A stretch of DNA of 64,000 nt. Origin: Asterionella formosa. Lineage: Eukaryota. Both the position numbers and the translations under genes were made by a program. Below the pieces are notes generated by a model. The model saw only the letters and a program-made list of their open reading frames with translations, did no database searches and was not told the origin of the DNA. Of this stretch, positions 47,686-57,699 are shown one piece after another. The stretch lies in contig NKIB01007262.1 in the NCBI GenBank assembly GCA_002256025.1, positions 1 through 64,000 of the forward strand. Direction: 5' to 3'. The first letter of the stretch is position 1, and every line of letters starts with the position of its first letter.

Positions 47686-50600
47686 TTATACCATACCTTT
47701 GGGTTGAAAAAGTTTAACAAAGAGCTGCTCATCTTCTGTTGTTTGCATGAGTTTATTTTTGGGATGTGTGGGGCAATGTTTCTTTGCTCCTTTCATTTGA
47801 TTCCAATGGCATCCAATGAATTTAGAGCTCGTTCCTTTTGAACAATTCTCCCATAACCAGGCAAAGAAACATAGTGCCATGCAAGAAAACCCAACTATGA
47901 AATTCCAGTTGAATGCATACTGTCGAATTCGCTGTGGTAAAATTCCACTAGGAGCAGACTGATGCACTTCTTTTAGTTCAGTCCGAACAGTCCATGATGC
48001 AAAGACAAGACTATCAGACACAAACTCATGATGGTTGTACATTTCTTGGAAAGGGCTACCATCAAATTTTCTATCACCACCCTCAGATTTCTTCAGCTCC
48101 CCAAGCAAACTACCCATAAATCCCTCGTCATTTAAAACACTATGAACCTCATGTGCTTGTCTGGCCAATGGATACAGATCATTTTCAATACATGTTGTCA
48201 TGACTTGTTGGGGTCGGCCGAACATTGTTTTGACTGTACCGGCCACAGTGTTCATAGTATTTCCCACTATGTCTTGGTCGTCAACAGTTTCATTGCCATA
48301 TATTATGTCTGCCAATACTTGTGCATTCGGGTTGAAAAAGGATATCTGAAAGACAACCTTCACCCCTAGTTCACTTGCAATTGAATCTTTGGATTCTGGT
48401 TGATCAAACCACCTTGTAATCATCATTATCTTGACATCTCCAACCTTGAAGTAGCTTTGCTTTTCCGATAATTTATGATGAATAGAATTGACAATAGCAT
48501 TAGCTAACAACTCTTCTGTATATGGAAACCAAAGGTCACCTTTTGCTCCTCGGAGCCCAATACTGGCCTGAACCAAATAAGGGACTCGACATGGATCATT
48601 ACCACCACATGCATCCTTGTGGCAAGGCCTGCTTGAGCGCTTGATTTCATAGCAGGTTCCATCTGACTTCTTGAATGCAGATAAAAAAGATTGAGAACAC
48701 TGGAAGTCACAGGCACTAAAAGGGCCTGGACAGTATTCCATACTAGGTTCAATTATAATGTCATTTTTCTCTACCACATCAACACAGCTAACTTCACATG
48801 GTCGATATTCCATACAAAGTCCTTCACCATTACATTCAGCCTGTGGTGGCATTGGTCCCTTGTAAGTTGATTCTAACAAAACAACATCAGCACATGCCAT
48901 TCCATGACTGGAGCCTGGATTTTCAACAAGATAGGTCCATGTTTCTTTCCCCTGCAACTTCATCGTTGTTTCATCTTTTTGCCTACATATGTTGGAATCA
49001 ACAGAATCTATGCATGTTTTGCTCAAAACTGGTGGTTTCAAGCTGCAATCATTTTTGTGTCTCTTTCCCCTGCTTTCATCAAGCACCCCCAGATTTTCCA
49101 GAGAGTATTTGTCTTCATATTCGCATGAAGATTCTGCAAATCCAACAAGTCCGTTCTCCCAGTCAAAGACAACATTGTGGCCTTGCATGGCATTTGCACC
49201 TAGTACGCCTCCTTGTGTCTCAGTGAAATAGAGGCGAGAAGTATATAAATTAGTTACTGGTGAGTACTCCATGTAGTTGCTCGCTGGAATTGCAATCAAA
49301 AGATCAAAAGGCGCCATAGGGTCAAGACTTCCAGCATAGCCAACAATATCCTCGTTCTTGGGTGAACTTCGGGATGGATCATCTCCATAATCCAATGCTC
49401 GACATTGAACAAGTATTGTTGGCAGCCTTCTCACCTGATCATCAGTCAACGCGATTCCATTGTGAGTATATTCTCGTTTGGTGACTTGTTTCCATATACT
49501 GACGAATGGCTTAGATATTATTTTGTGTAAATATGTATCTGTTGTTCCAGAGTCCACAATCACACCTTTTCCTGAATTGATCGTGACCAAGTTGAGAGGG
49601 ATCTTGAACACATGCTGATCACGCTCAGTCTTAGAGGTTGCACTCTGACCTCCTCCAGATCGAATCAGAATGTTATTGACATATACAGTGAACCATCCAC
49701 TCTTTGCAGTATTTTTGGCATATATCATGGGGCTACTATCGAAACGGGTGTCCATACCACCAAGAGTCATGACACCAGCTGTCACTCCCTTCTTTGATGT
49801 CGCAAGTTCACGCCGAAAACATAAACTAAAGACTTTATGTGGGATTTTCTTTCTGTCATAGAGTTGCTTTGTGATTGTCATTTCATGTGCACTCATGCCC
49901 ATAATTCCGTCTGCCAACTGGGTGACAAAGAGTCCATTCTCAGACGTTTGGCATCCAAACATGAAAGGGATTGCATAGCCTTGAGTGGAAGGGTCCACAG
50001 ACGCAAGAAAATCATTACCACCGAGATGAAGAACATCCTCTACTTGGTATGCCTCCCAGCTACTCCCTTCAGTGTACGACTGGCTAAAGACGCATTTAAA
50101 ACCCTTGCATGTTGCTCCAAGTTGGCAATTATGGCAAGGAAGAGGCCTGAAGCTCGAGGATAAACCGGGTTCGAAGTATGGATCCGTGTGGTGTTCTTCT
50201 CCACAATTATTACAACCTCTACAAGGAAAAGCGGTGTAATGAGACCCAGTATCCACAATTACACTCTGTCGCTGCGCCTTGGGAGTTCCAACCCAAAGGT
50301 GTGCGTAGTGGGTACCATATCCCTGCGACAAGGGTACTGCTTGGTAGTGACTATACGATCCACTATGTCGAATGTGCTCGTATTCTTCTATACGACGATT
50401 TTCTTGATGTGAATACGTGCCGTTCCAGTCGAGCTGAAGATCCAAGCCTTCTCTTTCGCGAAAAGCTCGTTCATAGCGTGAGAGATGCCGATGTAGATGA
50501 AAATCCTTTTCTACGTCGCTAATTCCTTCGTCGCGCTCATCGGCGAGAGTAGCATAAACTGCAGAATTGCGCGTTTGCTTTAACAACCTGAGCGTTTCGT

Positions 50601-50775
50601 TGACTTTTTTCAGGGAGCGCCGACTTCTTCGTTCATTCACACGTTCAGATGTTGGATGAAGTAAGAGAGTCGTCAATTGCGATGACACGACTGTCAGCGT
50701 CGATATTACAAATAGCAGAATTGACCACGAGCATGGCAATCGTCCAAGGATTCTGCAACTAGCTGTTCTTCTCAT
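47686..50775 (-). CDS. A1 aspartic protease, plasmepsin V/ASP5-like, with long Cys-rich C-terminal extension and TM anchor
   Basis: Signal peptide; GTP.AQRQSVIVDTGS..TAFPC..C..CG.H; YTEGS; FGCQ..E.GLF.TQ.ADGIMG; VDSGTT; LGANAM; C-terminal hydrophobic FIVGFSCMALCFFAWLW. Confidence 0.88.
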   Translation of the reverse strand: MRRTASCRILGRLPCSWSILLFVISTLTVVSSQLTTLLLHPTSERVNERRSRRSLKKVNETLRLLKQTRNSAVYATLADERDEGISDVEKDFHLHRHLSRYERAFREREGLDLQLDWNGTYSHQENRRIEEYEHIRHSGSYSHYQAVPLSQGYGTHYAHLWVGTPKAQRQSVIVDTGSHYTAFPCRGCNNCGEEHHTDPYFEPGLSSSFRPLPCHNCQLGATCKGFKCVFSQSYTEGSSWEAYQVEDVLHLGGNDFLASVDPSTQGYAIPFMFGCQTSENGLFVTQLADGIMGMSAHEMTITKQLYDRKKIPHKVFSLCFRRELATSKKGVTAGVMTLGGMDTRFDSSPMIYAKNTAKSGWFTVYVNNILIRSGGGQSATSKTERDQHVFKIPLNLVTINSGKGVIVDSGTTDTYLHKIISKPFVSIWKQVTKREYTHNGIALTDDQVRRLPTILVQCRALDYGDDPSRSSPKNEDIVGYAGSLDPMAPFDLLIAIPASNYMEYSPVTNLYTSRLYFTETQGGVLGANAMQGHNVVFDWENGLVGFAESSCEYEDKYSLENLGVLDESRGKRHKNDCSLKPPVLSKTCIDSVDSNICRQKDETTMKLQGKETWTYLVENPGSSHGMACADVVLLESTYKGPMPPQAECNGEGLCMEYRPCEVSCVDVVEKNDIIIEPSMEYCPGPFSACDFQCSQSFLSAFKKSDGTCYEIKRSSRPCHKDACGGNDPCRVPYLVQASIGLRGAKGDLWFPYTEELLANAIVNSIHHKLSEKQSYFKVGDVKIMMITRWFDQPESKDSIASELGVKVVFQISFFNPNAQVLADIIYGNETVDDQDIVGNTMNTVAGTVKTMFGRPQQVMTTCIENDLYPLARQAHEVHSVLNDEGFMGSLLGELKKSEGGDRKFDGSPFQEMYNHHEFVSDSLVFASWTVRTELKEVHQSAPSGILPQRIRQYAFNWNFIVGFSCMALCFFAWLWENCSKGTSSKFIGCHWNQMKGAKKHCPTHPKNKLMQTTEDEQLFVKLFQPKGMV

Positions 50776-51869
50776 TGTCTATCCCTCTAAGTTTTGAATA
50801 TGTTCATGGAAGCCTTGATTGTAGTTGCTAGATCGAGCGACAAGGGGTTTATTCTATCAAAAGCGAAAATGTGATATTTTTTATCTCCTACATTTTATCC
50901 ATAAACTACCTATAAAGTTCTTTATTAAGTACCTGGTACCTGGTACCAGGGTACATAAAGAGCATGGAGCATAGAGCGTATACGCTAGGCAGGACGGTGA
51001 TGTTTTACTGCAGTAATACGGAGCGGTACATGTTGAGACCGATAGTATACCGTATTCCACTACCGAACAGTAAAGTATTCTAATATGGAAATGACTGATG
51101 TGAACCAGTAGTATACCAGGTACCAGTTACCATACTTCTGCTACCAAAAGGGAATGGTTGTTTACCGGGACCAGGTACCTGGTACCAGGGTACCGGCACC
51201 TGGTATCGGTTGAGCAGGTTGCCCTTGATCTGAAGTTGTGTGCTTCGATTCCCGCAATTTTCTTGAGAAGCAAGGATTTGTTGGGTTCGACTCCCACACT
51301 CCTTACCGTCCTGTACGGTCTTGCCTGGTGGGCTAGAAATACTGGGTTGTTTGCCCTGTACAAACAGCTTACCGGTATGCCGCCTTCCTAGGAAGGTCCA
51401 GTAATGCACGTTTTATGAGCACCTTTTCAGTTTCGATGCACTCCCAATGGATCATCTCATGCCTGCCAGACGAGATAGACCAGCTTTCGATGAAATTCCT
51501 TAAGTAATTTAGGAAGTTATTCTTATTGACCGATGACGATTTGCAGAAATGGTCTCTGACCACGACTCGGATTTGCTGACAGGCTGATGAACCGTTTTCG
51601 TCTTCTAGCTTCGGAATCCACATAGGAATCCTACCTTTCTATGTTTTGAAGCTGACAATGATGACTAGAATATGCTGACAACGACTAGAACTAGAATTTG
51701 CTGACTGCTGCTAAAACTTATACACTATGGCTACATAGGATAGCGGTATATATTACCCAGGGCACCAGGTAACAGTTACCCGAGGTAGCATGCTGCTAAT
51801 AGTATATAGCGGTCCCTGATACCTGGTACCCCGGTGGCCTTTTGCATCTGGCGTGATAATGACTGTGAC

Positions 51870-52772
51870 CAGCCATGTTGCATATAGTGTACTTTCCTTT
51901 TTCGACCATGTGTGTCTTGTCAATAAAGAACATGAGTGGAACAAGGAAGTCATTTGGCTGAGTACATAAGTATTCATGGGCGTCAATCCACCAGCTGCCA
52001 GTGTGAAATTCGGATCTGAAACTGGTGGGTTGTGGTGCTTTACACGGATTGTGGAAATCAAAAGGCACATTCTGTTGTGACATTAGTGTGTCATTTGTCA
52101 AGATATTCTTAACCTGAGCCATGAAATCAAAGCATACAACATCAATCAGTTTTCCATCATGCAATATGGCCTGTTTCACCTGGGGAGTTAAGCCATTCAT
52201 ATCAAATCGGTTCAAATTTTTTCAGAACAGTGGTCCTCCTGGGAGGACAAGATTCAAAAATGAATCCAGCTTCCTAATCTGTGCTGCAGAAATTCATGAT
52301 TTGATCATACATATAAAGTGGAAAACGAGTGCAGAGCAAGTGACTAAGCAGTCGAGACTTCATAACATCGCCAACTGAGAATGGTATACCAGGATTGGCG
52401 GAGGAAAACCTAAGCAATCCCTGTGGTGTTCAGGACTGGAATAGTATTGGTTTCATCCTGTTCCACTATTTTGCTTGTATTTTCTTCATCTATTTTTTGA
52501 TCAATGTCATATATATTGGTATGTTCTCCAAAGTGTAGTGTTTGAACATGACACATTTTGGCCCTTCTCTTTAATGACAAGGAAAAGTCATCAGCAGGTG
52601 ATGGTGGAGATTGATGAACTCCATCATATTCTTCCTGACCGTTGTCTGGACCAGTTGCTGGTTTATGAAACAACTCAGCAGCTGTTTCGCATTCGGGGCT
52701 ATGTGCGTAGTGATGGTAAAGGGAAACAAATGGACCCTTACCACATATCAAACAGCAATTGTCGTCGTTCAA
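51870..52772 (-). mobile_element. Plavaka (CACTA-related) transposase relic, N-terminal part
   Basis: N-terminal CLICG...HYAHSPEC zinc-finger-like motif; DVVCFDF..QV..IL.N..LM...SEFHTGSWW...LVPLMFFIDKTH. Frameshifted and 3' truncated. Confidence 0.75.
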
Positions 52773-53703
52773 GGTGATAAAAACGATTAAATAATGATTA
52801 TGTACCGGTATTTTTTTATAGAATGAGAAAACGATATAGATATTTGATCCATCATTTGTAAAACCACAAAATAAATTTTCTCAATCAATTTGATTTAACA
52901 CCGCTATACATCCATTGCTGCTTCCCTAATGCCAGCCACTTGCTAGAGATATCACTGTTGACTATTTGAAGTATCTCGGAAATACCTCTCATTTTTGACT
53001 GACTACAACGATATTCGATGAACATTGATATAGTCTGCGACTCCTTTTTCTATAGAACTGTGGGTACCGGTCCATAAAACATAAGTACCAAAATTTCTGA
53101 TCCTTTGCTTTTTTAAACAAAGTTTATTTGATTAAATTGTCATTGTAGACAAATTGTAGCCTTTCCGAAAAGAAAAAAGCTTTGGTTGCAGTTCTTATTT
53201 TTTACTGACTACAATGACATGATCATCAGATGAACGCGAATACATGCAACAGCTATTTCTATGTAACAAAATTCGCATATTCGATAGAGCTGCTACAGCT
53301 AGATAATTTCCTTGTTAGAGTCATTCTTGTAGCGGTAGTTTTGCTTGTAGACGCTCCGAAAAGGTGGGATAAATAGTTGAGTTAATTCAGACATTCTATT
53401 TAGTGCAATCTAGCGGCATTTCCGGTACTAATCATTTGCATATCAAAACGTTGAAAATCCTGATGATTCACTATGTTTGTCAGATTTTCGTGAGGTCTGC
53501 ATTGCTCGCCAAAAAGTATACCAGCAAACCATAGACTGCGCTCCAGCTTTTTGTTAAGTAGAATGTACACATGGCTAGTACAAAGCGAAGGTATAAGAGG
53601 AGGACAGTCTGCACCAGGTTTCTTTTAATGGAAAACAGCTTCTGGCTAGAATGCGGTAAAGGAAAAACATATCAATTTCGTGGTTAAATTACATCATGCA
53701 TTC

Positions 53704-53752
53704 TGGTTGTTGTTATTGTTATTGTTATTGTTGTCGTTGTTGTTGACGTTGT
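53704..53752. repeat. (GTT/ATT)n microsatellite
   Basis: Directly visible trinucleotide run. Confidence 0.85.
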
Positions 53753-53938
53753 AGCTATCGCAGTTGTTTCTGCTGTTATCCCTTTGGACCTTATTGTTGG
53801 AAACAAGGAGCTGGCTGGTGGTGCACTGTGGTTATTGTGGCTATATACCATCCTCTTGCTCGTTCTTTGCCCTCCGTTTGAACTGAACATTTATTGTTTG
53901 TTATGACATGAAAAAAGTCTTGTGTGAGTTTAACAAGC

Positions 53939-54933
53939 CATGATCTTACTCTGTGAATCATGTTCTTCGCTTCCAGAAAAGCAACGAGGGCTATGGTGCG
54001 AGGCCAGTTCTGGAAAATCCTCGTCAGTAGTACAAAATGGATGCATCTGAAAGTTTGAGAAATATATGTTAAGCAGTTGTTATTTTGGGAAATGGAGACA
54101 GGTCCTGTGTTACATTGTTGTTGTTCTTCCTCTTGTTGCTTTGCACCATCATGTTCTTTGACTTGTGTTCGAAACTATGTTTGATTGTTGTTGCAGTTCC
54201 TCAACCTCCTACATTTCGTTCTTCCTCTTGCTTGTTCCATTTGGAATTGGGAAAGGGGTCAGTCATGAACTTACTCTGCGAACCTTGTTCTTTTCCTACA
54301 GACAATCAAACTGTTTTTGGCAGGGCAGGGTTGATCCTCGGGAATAATGAAATGTGTCGTGCTCTGTGTCAGGCAGGCTATCAATCATTTGTTATTCGCA
54401 TTGTTAAAAGGATTCCTCTGGTGCAAAGGGGACAAATATATACATGGTAAGCAAGTGCAATGTTTTCTTGCCTTCTGCTGATATTGTTTGCTGTTGCTTG
54501 TTGTGGGCAGATCTCCTCTCCTATTCTCCTTTGTCTTTGTTCGGAATTGTTAGCGCAGGCATTGCTTATTTGTAATGAATAAGAAGAAGGGCTTGATTGT
54601 GTGCTTGCTACTTGTTGATCACGAACTTACTCTGTAAATGCTGTTCTTTGTCTACAGACAATCAATCTGTTGAGCGAGAGATTTGTTGGGAATCAGGCGG
54701 CATGGTAAGCACAACGAGAACAATGCCTTTGTAACAATTGTTTGTCCATGAAGTAACTCTGCGACCGTTGTTCACTGATTGCAGACATTCAATTTGATGA
54801 GGGCTGGGTTGTTGGCCATTGGGGAACATGGTAAGGAGCACAACAGAACCGAAATAATGGCTTCACAACTTTTGTTTTCTCATCAACTCACCCTGCAAAT
54901 GTTGCCCTCTTTCCACGACAGACAATCAATCTG
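53939..54933 (-). repeat. Five dispersed ~50-bp repeats, each ending in a splice-donor-like GT
   Basis: Copies near 53939, 54264, 54620, 54747, 54881. Minus-strand consensus CAG-ATTGATTGTCTGTAG..AAAGAACA....T.CAGA-GTAAGT. Confidence 0.8.
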
Positions 54934-55463
54934 AGCAATGAAAATTTGCTATGCATTGTTCTGCTGGTAGTAGTAACAGGGAATCCTGCAAGTATGAGTA
55001 GCCAAGCAATCTTGTGATTAGAAAATACAGCATCCAGCTGCAAGAATGAACATCCATTGCTTGTCTTATTGGTTTGAGCATCACGTTCTATAGAAAGTAT
55101 CAATTTAAACTATATAGTGAAGCGATTAATTTGATTGACTTTGCGATTGTAGAATGAAGTTGAAAAAATGAATTGGTTTCACATAATCATTTTTTTGACT
55201 AGCATATATATTTGTTTAACCTTGAGGTATTAATGTGATCAAAGTAAAGAAAAAATGGGAGCAAACTAACAGAATTAATGGTAGTCAGAGTGAAGAATAT
55301 TTGTGAACGGAAATGTTGTGAATTGTAGAGAAAAGTAGGGTATTATAGAGATAATTTCTGAAAAAAATTCTTTTTGTTGCCAGAAAATATTGTCAGTTGG
55401 CCCCAAAAATTATGTTGGTTTCTAAAATAATTACGGAAGCTGTCGAAATTATTTTAGTTCATT

Positions 55464-55717
55464 CCAGGAGGTACGGGAAACTCCGTACTACCGGAGATCA
55501 AACGAAAAGACCGCAAAAGAACGCAAAGTTCGCAAAAGACTGCAACAGTTCGCAAAAAAACGGGAAAACCCGGATATACGATGTTTTTCTATTGTCTTTT
55601 GCGAACTTTGCGTTCTTTTGCGGTCTTTTGCGAAAATGTGATGCGAGGTCGATTTTAGATAAAACACAGCTTTTGTACGTGACTTTTCGTACTTCGGAGT
55701 TTCCATCAACTCCCTGG
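55464..55717. mobile_element. MITE-like element: imperfect TIRs plus a perfect internal 36-bp inverted repeat
   Basis: CCAGGAGGTACGGGAAACTCCG ... CGGAGTTTCCATCAACTCCCTGG. 55505-55540 is the exact reverse complement of 55594-55629. No clear TSD. Confidence 0.65.
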
Positions 55718-55744
55718 TTATACATATTGTATGATGCGTGTATC

Positions 55745-56694
55745 GAGACACTCTACTGGCAGCATCAACAACAGTCCGTGATACCATTGCATCTCTATCA
55801 GCGACCTTTGTGGAAAATGACAGATCCAACCCCACTACAAACCTACAGGGAAAAACTCACCGGATTCTACGCCTACAGTTCTCCGCCTACCAACACACTG
55901 ATCCAGGCATTAAAAACCAATGTGCATTAACAATCAAGTTTATTTTAAAATTGTATTTCAAACATGCGACCCCAGTTGATGCTTGCCTTGGGCCTCTCGT
56001 CATTGTAGCATTCTTCTTCGCCATGTTGTCCTGCAAGTATTTATCAATCACCGGGGAATGCTGAACAAAATTGCTGTGTGTGCAGGATCAATGTTTCTTC
56101 CAAGCCCGCATGGACATCACCCAACATCGCACCTCGCTCCACCTTGCAGACATCATCTGAATCACATTTCACGATCAAAAGAATGGGGAGAAGGACGAGA
56201 TGATCACATTAAGCTGCATGACTGACCCAACCATGTGCCCTGTTTGACAAGCGGCATGCATTGTAAATCACATATTGGCCATCCCTGGCCAATATGCAGC
56301 ATCTGGCATCAATATCTACCGGTCGGGGCCACACACATATACGCTTAAATCAGTGACAGCGATCCAACGGCTTAGGACACTTGTGATGGAAATCGGCCTT
56401 GATCAACTGGGCCATGACCCACAGGATATCGGCCTACATTTGATACGAAGCATGGCTGTGATGGCCATGATCCTATCTGGAGTTCCTAACTACATGGTCA
56501 TGCTAATTGGACGTTGGAAATCAGACGAGTTTCTTATTTGCATCCGCAAACAGGTGGAGGAATTTACAAAATCCGTCAGTCAAAAGATGATACCAAAAAC
56601 AACATTTTTTCATCCGCCAGACAACACTCCGGCATTCACCTCTCGATCGACAATGGTAGGGCGAGAAGCGCATGCCACTGCACATCTAACATAA
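55745..56694 (+). mobile_element. Tyrosine recombinase relic of a DIRS/Ngaro-type retrotransposon
   Basis: AFFFAM(L)SC.Y, ITFHDQKNGE, DPTMCPV, DIGLHLIRS.A.MAM.L.GV...MLIGRWKSD.FL.(C)IRKQV. Catalytic R and Y positions appear mutated; stops and frameshifts present. Confidence 0.8.
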
Positions 56695-56982
56695 ATTCGC
56701 AGTGACTCTAAAGTGGCTCAACAAAGCGCAACTAGACTGCCACAGACCCCGGAGATTGGAGCCGGATTTAAACACGGATTGGGGGAAAGGGACATGTTTC
56801 ATACTTAGCACCGAATTCAAAAACCATTATGCTATTTCTACTTAGTATTTCTGGTTCGCTATTTTAGTATTCCATGAACTGATCTAATATATTTGAGCGA
56901 AGTGCTCACGAAGCAACAACACAGGCTAAATATGGAGAAAGACAAAATGGATGAGACGGTAATTGTGTCAAAGTTACTTCGC

Positions 56983-57401
56983 TCAATGTTGGCTGGGTTT
57001 GAAGAAGAGTTAAGTACATAGGTAATCGTCATATAGCCCCAGAAGTTAACTTTCGGCAAGAAACTGCAGAAAGGAACTTCGGTTCTTTTACTTGACCAAA
57101 TAAACGAGTTGGTCCGGAAAAAACCACTATTTTCAGCATAGTTAAAAAACCGAAGTTCCTTTCTGCACTTTCTCGACAGATCCTAAATACTGAAGTTATA
57201 TAGAGTTGACCTATACACCCCACTCCTACTTCGATCTATGACTGTATCTAAGCATATGGAAAGGGTGTCCAATGGTGAAAGCTCTGAGTAGCAATATACA
57301 TATTTAGTTTAGACATGAAAAGTATGTGTTCGATTAGTCTGACTTATTATTATTTTTTCAACCCTACCTCTAATCTAGGGTTGAAATGCAGCAACCTTAA
57401 G
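56983..57401. repeat. Dispersed repeat copy 2 (pairs with 42446-42830)
   Basis: Same blocks as copy 1, with a ~25-bp extra segment near 57020-57045. Confidence 0.9.
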
Positions 57402-57699
57402 TTCAGACAGGTCAAGATGAGACTTACTGGTACTGGTAAGTGTTTTGAGAAAAAAGATGTAGTTTAGTCACAGTTCAAATTGGGAACATAAATGAACCTC
57501 ACCTCTATTTTGAAATATGCCTGATAACAAGCCTATGCATTCAAATATACATTTATTTGCATTAAGCTCACTCTTTTATGAAAGCAACTTTTAGAACTTC
57601 AGTAAAACAAAAGAATTTCATAAAAACATTATTCTAGCAATTTTTACTGTGGGAGAGCTGCAGAATAATAGCAGTGCCACTCAATTCATGAATGATATA

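Noticed and set aside
53939..54933. CRISPR-like array (36-nt repeats)
   Set aside because: Copies are divergent, spacers are irregular and much longer than CRISPR spacers, there are no cas genes, and the context is eukaryotic.
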